Shown: piece after piece, positions 9,854-23,569 of the stretch
Layout: every line of letters starts with the position of its first letter
How positions within the stretch are numbered: position 1 is the stretch's first letter
Assembly: GCA_964016885.1 (NCBI GenBank)
Contig: OZ024742.1
Location: 63,798,001-63,862,000 of the forward strand
Reading direction: 5' to 3'
DNA length: 64,000 nt
Origin: Eledone cirrhosa
Taxonomy: Eukaryota
Translations under genes and position numbers: made by a program
Notes under the pieces: model-generated
Database searches by the model: none
Seen by the model: only the letters and a program-made list of their open reading frames with translations
What the model was told of the DNA's origin: nothing

Positions 9854-11794
9854 ATGAACGCTGCGTTCGACGATAATGGTGGTGGAGAGTCGGTAAGACT
9901 ACATAGCTCGCAGGTAACATCGTCTTCTTCCCTTTCCTTCTCTATAGATACTATGGAGATGGAAAGACGAAATGAAATTGTAAAAACAAATTCATATCCA
10001 AACAACACAAATGACACCAAACAGTACAATGACAACAAAAATAACAACAACAACACCACTACTGCGGAAGTTGGAGCTATTGCAGGGCATCCCTCTGGAA
10101 CCGGGATTGCGGAAAGCGGCGTCGGCCTACGCCGTCGACGTAACATTAATGGTGTCGAGCGCCTCGCAAATCGAGGAAGTCGGCACCTTACTGAAGGAAT
10201 ACGAAAGTTTCAGAGGAGCGAAGCTGAACCGGGACAAGTCCATCGGTTTGCAACTCGGATTGTGGAGAGGCAAACCGATGCCTTCCGATGGCGTCGTCGG
10301 ACGCTGGACGGAAGGACCTTAAAGCTGCTCGGGGTCTGGTTTGGTCCGGACCTCCAAGTAGAGAAGAACTGAAACGAGGTGACGGCAAAGGTGTTTGCAC
10401 TCACCCAGAAGTGGGCCGAGTGCAAACTATCCTTGAAAGGTCGAGCGGAGGTGGCGAACACTTTTATAGCGTCCGCCATCTACTACCGCTTGACCGTCGT
10501 GCCTTGTCCAGCCAAAACGCTCACCAAAATGGAGCGCGCGCTCTTCCAATTCCAATTTCCGTACTGTTTAAAAGCGAGGCACTCCCTACAAAAAAACTCT
10601 GTGACACCAATGGTGTCAAAAGCATACACCTTTTTCCCTACATACATGGGAAAAAGGACACAAAAAATAAAAATAAAAAACATACCTCCAAACATTAACA
10701 TCTGGTGGATCTTGGCTGGCTTCGTAGAGCCAGAAACTGATATGATTCTTTCGATACGAAAATCTATTCGACAAAGGTGGGCGGGTACAGATTTGGAGAT
10801 TCTGTTGCAAATGAAACCGGAGAGAATCTCCAAAATACCCGAAAGAGTCGTTATCGATAATAACAACAAAATAAACATTTTTGGTAGAAGGACGAAAATT
10901 TCATTGCTTTCGGTGTGGTAGCACAGCACACCTAAAAGCCTCTTGTCCACAAACACACAACAACAACATCATTAAAAAAACATTACTACCAACACCAACA
11001 CCAAAACAACCACCACCACCACAAGTACAACGACAGACGAAACGAGCAACCACACCAAAACAAACAGACACTCAACCAACAACAGAAAAAACAGAGACAA
11101 CACCCCTGAAGAACACAGCCCCACTCCACCCCACTCCCTCAAACACTACCACAAACACACACACCGAAACACCACCACCACACAACATACTCTTACCCCA
11201 CACACCTGACGATGATTATTCATCGACGGATGAAGCTGCTTCTCCTTCTTTAAGTGAAGAAGAGGGAGAACCGCGGAAATCTAAAAAACAAAAAAGAGAC
11301 ACCACAAAACCCACAAAACTCCAATCATCAACACCAACACGCAACCACAGACACAAACAACACCACAGTAAAAAAATATCCCCCTATCAGCAAAACCAGC
11401 ACCAACACCACCCCAAACACAAGCACCCACCATAAAAAGAAAACTTCCGGACGAACAACAAACTAAAACAACACAACAAAAACACAAACAACAATAGGCA
11501 TACATCAACACAAACAACAAGAGTTTGATGGTGGTCATCTCCCAAAACCCCAAGGTGGAGACGGAGGGCAAAACTTTCGTCAAGGCAGAATCGTCTCCAC
11601 ACCTTAAACTTATAAGGGTTTCTATGGAAAGCTATAATGACCTAAAAAATAAATTTTCACATACGTGAGCAACCCCTGCCACAAACCCATCAACCGCGTC
11701 CTGTTAAAATGTTCCCCCCCCCCCCCCACCCAACACCCCATCCAGCACCCAAATGGAGATTGAACAACCCGATCTCCAGGAAACGAAAAGGTAA
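9854..11794 (+). pseudogene. ORF1 of copy C, interrupted by an RT fragment (10056-10551) and frameshifted
   Basis: N-terminus 9854-10055; resumes ~10553 (TFFPTYMGKRTQ), knuckle CFRCGSTAHLKASC, ends MEIEQPDLQETKR*. Confidence 0.85.
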
Positions 11795-11835
11795 GTGCAC
11801 CTTTCGTCCTTTTTCTCCAATTTTTCTTCACCAAC

Positions 11836-14320
11836 ATGGTTAGTTTACGAGTTGGAACCGTGAATGTGCGTGGCCTAGGGATGCCCTGGAAACAGGGCCA
11901 ACTTTTAAACGACCTTAGGTCACACAGTATGGATGTGATAGCCATCACCGCGTCCAGGATCCACAACAGGCAGCAACTAACCCCCATCTTCGATGACTTT
12001 GAGATCTACGCATCTCTCTGTCAGCCAGGAGGTGGAGGTGGAGTGGCTGTCATGGTTCGGAAGAACCTGGACGTCGAAGTACAGCAAGTACACTTGGACC
12101 CGGAGGGTAGACTGGTAGTCCTAGACGTGAACAGTATTGGAGGTGGAGCCTTCAGACTGGTGGCCGTTTATGCCCCGACCGGGCAATCGCAATCACGGCC
12201 AGACTTCTTTAAGCATCTAGAGTCTTTTCTGGGAACGTCTCGCTCCTTACTTTTAGTGGGGGACTGGAATGGTATCCTAGATGCACGATGGGACTATGTG
12301 GGAGCATGTTCCAGTAGAGCTGGGTGCAACAGCCTCAAAACTTTAATCGGCCAATTCCAACTGGCCGATAGGTATCGACTGGATTTCCCGACTGCACCAC
12401 AGTGGACGTGGGCAAACCGCAGTGGGACATCTAGATCGTATTTAGATAGGTTCTTCATTAGAGAAAAGGACAAGGAGATGTTAAGCTGTCCACGAATGCA
12501 CATGGTTGCCTATTCAGATCACAAGTTAGTCGTCTGCTTAGTAAACCGTGATAGAATACATAGACAGCGTCCCGGATACTGGAAGCTGAACGTGTCGTTC
12601 CCGGCACGTAAAGCTTACAGTGAACGGATAAGTAGACTAGTCAAGCAACAGTTAACGGGAGCCATCGTCAACAATAGATGGGGGTACTCTCTCAAGAAAG
12701 CAATTAGAATAGAATCGATAGGGTATAGCAGAGAGTTAGCCTTAGAGAAAAACAGAATAGAAAGAAAACTAGTAGCCAAGGTAGAGGAGGCACTTAGAAG
12801 TGGCAACGCGGCTAGAGTGTTAGCGTCGAGAACGGCACTGGACCAGTTCTTCGATGCGAAACACGAAGGCTGCGTGGTCAGAAGCAAAACACGTGCTCTA
12901 GGAAACGAAGGAGCGAAAACTGTCAGCTGAGCCCGAGTGGCGGAGGCAAAAAGTGGCAACAAGTTCACAATTCGGTCTTTGAAAGACCAAAACGGACGCG
13001 TGCTACTTGACCCCAAGCAAATGTGCGCGGCCTTTCAGCGGCACTTTGCGCGACTGTTTGAGCAGAACGACGGTGAGCCGAACGGGGCAATGGACTTTAG
13101 TTCGTACCTCGACGGCCTGCCGCGTCTCTCGAACACGGACGCCGAGTTCTGCGAAAGACCGATCACGGACACTGAGATACGGGACGCTCTGGGCCGCTGC
13201 GGGAAACGAAAGTCACCCGGTCTAGATGGTCTACCCTACGAGTTTTACATAGGCATGCCGGACTTGTTCTCTGGCGTCCTCGAAGCCGTCTACTGCAATT
13301 GGCAGCTGAACGGGAGAATTCCTAGTTCTACAGGCAAGGGCGTAGTAACGCTGATCAGGAAAGACGAGAACAAGGGGGACGAAATTAACAACTTCAGGCC
13401 CATAACTCTGCTCAACACCGAGTTAAAGATTTTGGCCAAGGTGCTAGCAACGAGGTTGGCGCTTGTCGTCGAGAACCTGGTAGGGAAAGCGCAAACGTGT
13501 GCAATCCCGACCAATTCCATACACGACAACCCCCCACCTCATGTGATACATCATAGAGAGGGTGGGTAGTAAACCCGGCTTCGGTGGGGCTCTGATCAAC
13601 TTGGATCAGTCTAAGGCATTCGATAGAGTCGACCATCGATACTTGGAAGCGGTTCTCAAGGCGGCCGGTTTCGGTCCCGTGTTCAGAGGATGGATCGAGA
13701 CGATGCACACCAGCATCTGCTCGAGGGTCAAGGTGAACGGCTACCTATCTGAGCCGTTCGCAATCACGCGTTCCATTCGACAGGGGTGCCCTCTCTCCTC
13801 CATTCTGTATGTATTGACTCTAGAGCCACTACTGCGGAAATTGGAGCTGTTGCAGGGCGTCCCCCTAGAACCGGGACTGCGCAAAACGGCGTCGGCTTAT
13901 ACCGACGACGTGACGGTAATGGTGTCGAGCACCTCGGAAATCGGGGTGATCGGCAACTTACTGAAAGAATACGAAACGCTGACGGGAGCAAAACTAAACC
14001 CGGACAAATCTATCGGTTTGCAACTCGGTACGTGGAGAGGCAAACCGATGCCTTCCGATGGCGTCGTCGGACGCTGGACGGAAGGACCTTAAAGCTGCTC
14101 GGGGTCTGGTTTGGTCCGGACCTCCAAGTAGAGAAGAACTGAAACGAGGTGACGGCAAAGGTGTTTGCACTCACCCAGAAGTGGGCCGAGTGCAAACTAT
14201 CCTTGAAAGGTCGAGCGGAGGTGGCGAACACTTTTATAGCGTCCGCCATCTACTACCGCTTGACCGTCGTGCCTTGTCCAGCCAAAACGCTCACCAAAAT
14301 GGAGCGCGCGCTCTTCCAAT
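11836..14320 (+). pseudogene. ORF2 (EN + RT N-part), first duplicate unit of copy C
   Basis: MVSLRVGTVNVRGL, GDWNG, YSDH, KSPGLDG, NFRPITLLN, YTDD; stop at 12930, frameshift ~13535; ends in the RT patch. Confidence 0.9.
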
Positions 14321-14322
14321 TC

Positions 14323-15562
14323 CAATTTCCGTACTGTTTAAAAGCGAGGCACTCCCTACAAAAAAACTCTGTGACACCAATGGTGTCAAAAGCATACACC
14401 TTTTTCCCTACATACATGGGAAAAAGGACACAAAAAATAAAAATAAAAAACATACCTCCAAACATTAACATCTGGTGGATCTTGGCTGGCTTCGTAGAGC
14501 CAGAAACTGATATGATTCTTTCGATACGAAAATCTATTCGACAAAGGTGGGCGGGTACAGATTTGGAGATTCTGTTGCAAATGAAACCGGAGAGAATCTC
14601 CAAAATACCCGAAAGAGTCGTTATCGATAATAACAACAAAATAAACATTTTTGGTAGAAGGACGAAAATTTCATTGCTTTCGGTGTGGTAGCACAGCACA
14701 CCTAAAAGCCTCTTGTCCACAAACACACAACAACAACATCATTAAAAAAACATTACTACCAACACCAACACCAAAACAACCACCACCACCACAAGTACAA
14801 CGACAGACGAAACGAGCAACCACACCAAAACAAACAGACACTCAACCAACAACAGAAAAAACAGAGACAACACCCCTGAAGAACACAGCCCCACTCCACC
14901 CCACTCCCTCAAACACTACCACAAACACACACACCGAAACACCACCACCACACAACATACTCTTACCCCACACACCTGACGATGATTATTCATCGACGGA
15001 TGAAGCTGCTTCTCCTTCTTTAAGTGAAGAAGAGGGAGAACCGCGGAAATCTAAAAAACAAAAAAGAGACACCACAAAACCCACAAAACTCCAATCATCA
15101 ACACCAACACGCAACCACAGACACAAACAACACCACAGTAAAAAAATATCCCCCTATCAGCAAAACCAGCACCAACACCACCCCAAACACAAGCACCCAC
15201 CATAAAAAGAAAACTTCCGGACGAACAACAAACTAAAACAACACAACAAAAACACAAACAACAATAGGCATACATCAACACAAACAACAAGAGTTTGATG
15301 GTGGTCATCTCCCAAAACCCCAAGGTGGAGACGGAGGGCAAAACTTTCGTCAAGGCAGAATCGTCTCCACACCTTAAACTTATAAGGGTTTCTATGGAAA
15401 GCTATAATGACCTAAAAAATAAATTTTCACATACGTGAGCAACCCCTGCCACAAACCCATCAACCGCGTCCTGTTAAAATGTTTCCCCCCCCCCCACCCA
15501 ACACCCCATCCAGCACCCAAATGGAGATTGAACAACCCGATCTCCAGGAAACGAAAAGGTAA
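14323..15562 (+). pseudogene. ORF1 C-terminal part, second duplicate unit
   Basis: Copy of 10553-11794. Confidence 0.85.
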
Positions 15563-15603
15563 GTGCACCTTTCGTCCTTTTTCTCCAATTTTTCTTCACC
15601 AAC

Positions 15604-18600
15604 ATGGTTAGTTTACGAGTTGGAACCGTGAATGTGCGTGGCCTAGGGATGCCCTGGAAACAGGGCCAACTTTTAAACGACCTTAGGTCACACAGTATGG
15701 ATGTGATAGCCATCACCGCGTCCAGGATCCACAACAGGCAGCAACTAACCCCCATCTTCGATGACTTTGAGATCTACGCATCTCTCTGTCAGCCAGGAGG
15801 TGGAGGTGGAGTGGCTGTCATGGTTCGGAAGAACCTGGACGTCGAAGTACAGCAAGTACACTTGGACCCGGAGGGTAGACTGGTAGTCCTAGACGTGAAC
15901 AGTATTGGAGGTGGAGCCTTCAGACTGGTGGCCGTTTATGCCCCGACCGGGCAATCGCAATCACGGCCAGACTTCTTTAAGCGTCTAGAGTCTTTTCTGG
16001 GAACGTCTCGCTCCTTACTTTTAGTGGGGGACTGGAATGGTATCCTAGATGCACGATGGGACTATGTGGGAGCATGTTCCAGTAGAGCTGGGTGCAACAG
16101 CCTCAAAACTTTAATCGGCCAATTCCAACTGGCCGATAGGTATCGACTGGATTTCCCGACTGCACCACAGTGGACGTGGGCAAACCGCAGTGGGACATCT
16201 AGATCGTATTTAGATAGGTTCTTCATTAGAGAAAAGGACAAGGAGATGTTAAGCTGTCCACGAATGCACATGGTTGCCTATTCAGATCACAAGTTAGTCG
16301 TCTGCTTAGTAAACCGTGATAGAATACATAGACAGCGTCCCGGATACTGGAAGCTGAACGTGTCGTTCCCGGCACGTAAAGCTTACAGTGAACGGATAAG
16401 TAGACTAGTCAAGCAACAGTTAACGGGAGCCATCGTCAACAATAGATGGGGGTACTCTCTCAAGAAAGCAATTAGAATAGAATCGATAGGGTATAGCAGA
16501 GAGTTAGCCTTAGAGAAAAACAGAATAGAAAGAAAACTAGTAGCCAAGGTAGAGGAGGCACTTAGAAGTGGCAACGCGGCTAGAGTGTTAGCGTCGAGAA
16601 CGGCACTGGACCAGTTCTTCGATGCGAAACACGAAGGCTGCGTGGTCAGAAGCAAAACACGTGCTCTAGGAAACGAAGGAGCGAAAACTGTCAGCTGAGC
16701 CCGAGTGGCGGAGGCAAAAAGTGGCAACAAGTTCACAATTCGGTCTTTGAAAGACCAAAACGGACGCGTGCTACTTGACCCCAAGCAAATGTGCGCGGCC
16801 TTTCAGCGGCACTTTGCGCGACTGTTTGAGCAGAACGACGGTGAGCCGAACGGGGCAATGGACTTTAGTTCGTACCTCGACGGCCTGCCGCGTCTCTCGA
16901 ACACGGACGCCGAGTTCTGCGAAAGACCGATCACGGACACTGAGATACGGGACGCTCTGGGCCGCTGCGGGAAACGAAAGTCACCCGGTCTAGATGGTCT
17001 ACCCTACGAGTTTTACATAGGCATGCCGGACTTGTTCTCTGGCGTCCTCGAAGCCGTCTACTGCAATTGGCAGCTGAACGGGAGAATTCCTAGTTCTACA
17101 GGCAAGGGCGTAGTAACGCTGATCAGGAAAGACGAGAACAAGGGGGACGAAATTAACAACTTCAGGCCCATAACTCTGCTCAACACCGAGTTAAAGATTT
17201 TGGCCAAGGTGCTAGCAACGAGGTTGGCGCTTGTCGTCGAGAACCTGGTAGGGAAAGCGCAAACGTGTGCAATCCCGACCAATTCCATACACGACAACCC
17301 CCCACCTCATGTGATACATCATAGAGAGGGTGGGTAGTAAACCCGGTTTCGGTGGGGCTCTGATCAACTTGGATCAGTCTAAGGCATTCGATAGAGTCGA
17401 CCATCGATACTTGGAAGCGGTTCTCAAGGCGGCCGGTTTCGGTCCCGTGTTCAGAGGATGGATCGAGACGATGCACACCAGCATCTGCTCGAGGGTCAAG
17501 GTGAACGGCTACCTATCTGAGCCGTTCGCAATCACGCGTTCCATTCGACAGGGGTGCCCTCTCTCCTCCATTCTGTATGTATTGACTCTAGAGCCACTAC
17601 TGCGGAAATTGGAGCTGTTGCAGGGCGTCCCCCTAGAACCGGGACTGCGCAAAACGGCGTCGGCTTATACCGACGACGTGACGGTAATGGTGTCGAGCAC
17701 CTCGGAAATCGGGGTGATCGGCAACTTACTGAAAGAATACGAAACGCTGACGGGAGCAAAACTAAACCCGGACAAATCTATCGGTTTGCAACTCGGTACG
17801 TGGAGAGGCAAACCGATGACGTCCGACAGCGTCGTTGGACGCTGGACGGACGGACCGGTGAAATTGCTCGGGGTCTGGTTCGGTCCAGACCTCCAGGTGG
17901 AGAAAAACTGGAACGAGGTCATGGCCAAGGTGTTTGCACTCACCCAGAAGTGGGCAGAGTGCAAACTGTCCTTGAAAGGTCGAGCGGAGGTGGCGAACAC
18001 TTTCATAGCGTCCGTCATCTACTACCGCTTGACTGTCGTGCCTTGTCCCCGTGAACACCTCGCCAAGATGGAACGCATGCTCTTCCAATTTCTGTGGAAG
18101 AAACAGGCTCCGCTGGTGTGGAGATCCGTCTGCTGTCAGCACCCTTCCAAAGGAGGGCTGGGAATGCCGTGGCTGATGATGCGTAAACATGCGCTGAGGC
18201 TGCGGCATCTCCAGGTATTCCTCACCGACCCCCAACCGGTGTGGGCACCGTTTGTGAGACAGGGTTTCCCACAGCTCGTCTCGCTGACGGAGCTGCAGTC
18301 CTGAGTCAAGAAAAGACCGAAAACGATGGGCGCCTGGCACATTGAATGCGCTCAGGCGCTCACAGTCCTCTGGCAAGCGGGCGCAGCAATCAGTAGAGAC
18401 TCTACTTTGACATTCTATAGAGGGATTTTACGTTAAAAGGGCGACGACGTGCTCGGAGAGACTCTGGGCGTCGAAGACGATGAGCTCACCAGTCTATTGA
18501 GTAGGACTTTCCGCCCGGGACCTCTGGACAACTTCCAGAGGTCCCTGGCCTGACACTGCTACCGAGGAGCTCTACCGGTTCGTGACAAGATCTACAGGCA

Positions 18601-19050
18601 CGGACGCCCCGGCAGGGATCCTTCCAAGAGGACGTGTCCAAGATGCGCGTAGGACATTGAAACGGTCCTGCACGCAATTGTACACTGCTCGGGCGTAACT
18701 GACCTGTGGAACTATGAGAACAACTGCTGTCGCGTATGGGACAAATCCAGTTGACTGCCGAGTCCATAGTAAGGATCAAACCGCCAGCCTCTTTCAAAAA
18801 CGAAAGAGAGGCGGTTTTCCTCTGTACGGTGGCTATGGTGAAAGAAGTTATATGGTGGACGAAGTTGAGAGGACTGAGGACAGATGCCTTTCTCTCCGGA
18901 CAACAATTGATTCCCTTCTTTAAGTATCACTTTAGAAGGAGAATCAGGGTGGAGAGAGAGGCACTGCACCCCAGTAAAGTTACTGAAAGGTGGGTGAATG
19001 AAGCAAATATGGCCCGAGTGATTGGGCCTTCTCTGTTTATAAGTCTGTAG
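15604..19050 (+). pseudogene. ORF2 of copy C, full span but disrupted
   Basis: EN, RT (YTDD), C-terminal domain to GPSLFISL*; stops at 16698, 18304 and others. Confidence 0.9.
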
Positions 19051-19299
19051 GTTGAGGAAGAGAGCAAAAGGAAGAAAGGAACACGTGCACAACACACTCC
19101 TGGAGTTGAGGGTTGTTCTATCGACGGGGTATTAAACAACCCATTTGTGGCGCCTCCCCCCTATTGGGGATTTCGATTGTTGTAATTGTTTGTTTTTATA
19201 TTTTTTTACACGACTGTATGTAAAATCCCCGGCATGTCTTTGTATTGTCCCCTTTTCTTGTGCGCCCTTGTGGTTAATAAAGAAATATATCTATCTATC

Positions 19300-22200
19300 A
19301 CCCAATGACGATGAGAGAGAGCCTTTCCAACCAGTAAAAAGAAAAGACATAACACAAACAAAAAGGCAACAAACACACAAACACCAACACAAGCGACGCA
19401 AACGGCACAAACAAAAACATCCCCTCCTGAAAACAAAACACCTACTACAAAACGTAAACACACACAAGAACCACAGACAAAAAGCAACACAACACAACAA
19501 AAATGTTACACCTACATAAATACTAACAATAAAACTTTAACAGACACCATATATAAAAACCCTTCGGTCTCCACCGAGGGGAAAACTTTTACACACTCTT
19601 CGGAGAATCCTAATCTTAAAATGATTAGGATCTCTATGGACACACATAAACAATTAAAAGAAAAATGTCCTAACGACGTAGGTAACCCCTGCGTCAAACC
19701 CTATAACCGCGTCCTTTTGAAATGTTTCCCCACCCCCACCCCAGACACTCGCACCCCAGACACCCCCACCCCACCTGACACTTCCTCCCCACCAAACACC
19801 TCCATCCCCACCCTGTCAGAGACCGCCACCCCACCAAACAACCCCTCCAACCCCTCCATGGAAATTGTGCAGCCTGGTCCCCAGGAGACGAAGAGGTGAG
19901 TGATTTCTTTTCCTCTTCTTTTAACTTTTCAGCACCAACATGGCCAATATAAGAGTTGGATGTGTGAATGTACGCGGCCTGGGATGCCCTGGAAACAGGG
20001 CAAACTCTTAAACGACCTCAGGTCGCACAGTATGGATGTCGTAGCCATTTGCGAGTCCAGGATCCACAGCGAGCGACAACTGGCCCCCATCTTCGACGAC
20101 TTTGAGATCTACGCATCTCTCTGTCAGCCGGGAGGTGGGGTGGGGTTGCCGTTTTGCTGCGGAAACACCTGGACCTCGTAACACAGACGGTACATCTGGA
20201 CCCGGAGGGTCGACTGATTTCCTAGATGTTGACGATAGTGAAGGTGGAGCCTTCAGGCTGGTGGCCGAATATGCCCCATCCGGGACACCGCGGCCAGACT
20301 TCTTCAAACGTATAGAGACTTTTCTAGGAACGTCCCGCTCCCTGTTGTTAGTGGGAGACTGGAATGGAATCCTAGATGCACGTTGGGACTATGTGGGAGC
20401 ATGTCCCGATAGAGGGGGTGTAACAGCCTCAAACAGTTAATCGGCCGATTTGACCTGGCCGATAGATATCGACTAGATTTTCCGACTGTGCCACTGTGGA
20501 CGTGGACTAATCGCAGCGGAACATCTAGATCGTACCTAAATAGGGTTCTAGTTAGAAAGAAGAATAGGGGAATGTTAAGCTGTCCACAAATGTTCATGGT
20601 TGCCTATTCAGATCACAAATTAGTGACCTGCTTAGTCAACCTTGACAAAATCCATAGACAGGGACCCGGCTACTGGAAGCTGAACTTGTCGCTACCGACA
20701 TGCAAAGCCTACAGTAGACGGATTAGCACTTTAGTTAAGCAGCACTTGACGGGGCCATTGTCAACAACAGATGGTGGTACTCTCTCAAGAGGGCAGTTAG
20801 ATTAGACTTGATAGGTTTTAGTAAAGAATTAGTGTGAGATAGAAATAAAACCGAAAAGGAACTGGTAGATAAAGTAGAAGAGGCACTTAGGAGTGGAAAC
20901 GTAGCCAACGTGCTAGCAACGAGAACGGCCTTGGACCAGTTCTTCGACGCAAAGCATGAAGGCTGCGTTGTCAGAAGCAAAATACGTGCTCTGGGAAACG
21001 AGGGAGCCAAAGCTGTTAGCTGGGCCTGAGTGACGGAGGCGAAAAGTGGCAACAAGTCCACGATTCGGTCTTTGAAGGACCAAGACGGACGCGTGATACG
21101 TTAGCCGAAGCAGATGTGCGCGGCCTTTCAGCGGCATTTTGCTCAACTGTTCAGGCAGAGCGGCGCGCCGGGTGGGGCTATGGATTTCGGTCCATACCTC
21201 GACGGCCTACCACGACTCTCGGACAGCGAGGCGAAGTTCTGCGAAAGGCCGATTTCGGCCGCTGAGATAGGGGACGCGCTGACCCAATGCGGCAAACGCA
21301 AATCTCCAGGTCTCGACGGTCTACCCTACGAATTTTACGTAGCAATGCCGGACTTGTTCTCCGGTCTCCTCGAAGTGGTCTACTGCAACTGGCAGCAGAA
21401 CGGGAGAATTCCCAGTTCTGTGACCAAGGGCGTAGTCACACCGGTCAGGAAAGACGGGAACACGGGGGACGACATTAATAACTTCAGGCCGGCCCGTAAC
21501 TCTGCTAAACACAGAGTTCCAGATTTTGGCCAAGGTGTTAGCAAAGAGACTGGAGCTTGTCATCGAAAACCTGGTGGGAGAAGCGCAGACATGCGCAATC
21601 CCGACTAGGTCCATACACGACAACCTTCACCTCATGCGATACATCGTAGAGAGGGTGGGGTGTGAACTCGGCTTCGGTGAGGCACTGATAAATTTGGATC
21701 AGTCTAAGGCATTCGATAGGGTCGACCATCGTTACCTGGATGCGGTGCTCGCGACGGCAGGCTTCGGACCCGTGATCAAAGGCTGGATTGCTGCCATGGA
21801 CAGCAGCAACATCTGCTCAAGGGTCAAGGTGAATGGCTACCTCTTGGAGCCGTTCCAAATCACGCGATCCATTCGACAGGGATGCCCTCTCTCCTCCCTT
21901 CTGTACGTACTGACTCTCGAGCCACTACTGCGGAAGTTGGAGCTACTGCAGGGCATCCCGTTGGAACCGGGACTGCAAAAAGCGGCGTCGGCCTACGCCG
22001 ACGACGTGACACTACTGGTGCCGAGCACCTCGCACAACGAGGAAGTCGGCAGCTTACTGAAGGAATACGAAAGTTTCACAGGAGCGAAGCTGAACCGGGA
22101 CAAGTCCGTCGGTTTGCAACTCGCATTGTGGAGAGGCAAACCGATGCCTTCCGACGACGACGCTGGAGGGAGGGACCGTTGAAGCTGCTCGGGGTCTGGT

Positions 22201-23569
22201 TCGGACCGGACCTCCAGGTGGAGAAAAACTGGAACGAGGTGACGGCCAAGGTGTTTGCGCTCGCCCAGAAGTGGGCCTAGTGTAAACTATCATTGAAAGG
22301 TCGAGCGGAAGAGGCGAACGTTTTCATAGCGTCCGTCATCTACTACCGCTTGACCGTCGTGCCTTGTCCAAGTAAAACGCTCACCAAAATGGAGCGCCCG
22401 CTCTTCCAATTCCTTTGGAAGAAGCGGGCTCCTTTGGTGAGAAGATCTATCTGCTGTCAACACCCTTCAAACGGAGGGCTGGGGATGCCGTGGCTGACGA
22501 TACGCAAACACGCACTCAGGATGCGCCACCGCCACGTATTCCTCACCGAACAACCGATGTGGGTCCCGTTCGTGAGGCGAGCCTTCCCGCTAACCGAGCT
22601 GCAGTCCTGGGTCAAGCAAAGACCGAGGAAAATGGGCGATTGAATGTGCTCAGGCGCTCACAGTCCTCTGGCAAACGGACCCGACGATCAGTGGAGACTC
22701 CACCTCGTCATTCTATAAAGGGTTAGTCCGCAGCAAGTGCGACGACACTCTCGGAGAAACTCTAGGCGTAGAGGAAGATGAACTGGCCAGTCTGTTTGGT
22801 AGAACATTCCGCCCGGGACCGATGGACAACTTCCAAAAGTCCCTGGCCTGGCAGTGCTACCGAGGAGCTCTACCCGTTCGAGACAAGCTCTACAGACACG
22901 GGCGCCTGGGCAGGGATACCTCGAAAAAGATCTGTTCGATATGCGTGCGGGACGAGGAAACCGTCGTGCACGCATTCATACACTGCTCGGGCGTTACCGA
23001 CTTGTAGAGCTATGCAGAACGACTACTGTCGCGGGTGGGACAAATCTGGTTGACCACCGAGTCCATTACCTTCCTTCAAAAATGAAGGAGAGGCGGTTTT
23101 CCTCTGTGTAATGGCTATGGTGAAAGAGGCTATATGGTGGACGAGACTGAAAGGGCTGAGGTCAGACACCTTTCTCTCCGGCGAACAACTGGTTCGCTTC
23201 TTCAAATATCATTTTAAAAGAAGAATCAGGGTGGAGAGAGAGGTGCTGCACCCCAGCAAATTTTACGAAAGGTGGGTGAATGTGGCAAGGATGGCCCGAG
23301 TGGTTGGGCCTTCTCTTTATATAAACCTGTAGGTTGAGGAAGAGAGGAAAGGAGCGCTCACTCTTCGTGCTCCTGGAGATGAGGGTTGTAGATTTTTCGG
23401 GGTGTGTACAACCCATGTGTAACGCCTCCTCCCTATTGGGGATTTCAATTGTTAATTGTTATTTGTTATGTTATTTTTATAAATTTTTTTTTTTTACACG
23501 CATGTATGTAAACTCCCCACTCTGTATTTGTCCCCATCTTTTTGCGCCCTTGTGGCAAATAAAGAAACA
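19300..23569 (+). mobile_element. Tx1-group LINE copy D, 5'-truncated within ORF1
   Basis: ORF1 C-terminus to 19899 (MEIVQPGPQETKR*); ORF2 19940-23332 with frameshifts/stops (YADD present); 3' UTR ending AATAAAGAAACA then TATCTATC. Confidence 0.92.

Larger units (their letters stand above)
10262..17818 (+). repeat. Near-identical tandem duplication, unit ~3770 bp (10262-14050 and 14032-17818)
   Basis: ORF track repeats at offsets 3770/3768; only a poly-C length change and a few substitutions noticed. Confidence 0.95.
9635..19287 (+). mobile_element. Tx1-group LINE copy C, rearranged (RT patch in ORF1 plus 3.77-kb tandem duplication)
   Basis: 5' UTR homologous to B; ORF1 start MNAAFDDNGGGESVR at 9854; ORF2 ends 19050; 3' UTR then TATCTATCTATC at 19288-19299. 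Confidence 0.9.

Noticed and set aside
4366-19500. Antisense V/C/L/F-rich ORFs (4366, 5413, 10483, 11281, 19206)
   Set aside because: Shadow frames of the A/C-rich ORF1 strand; no motifs
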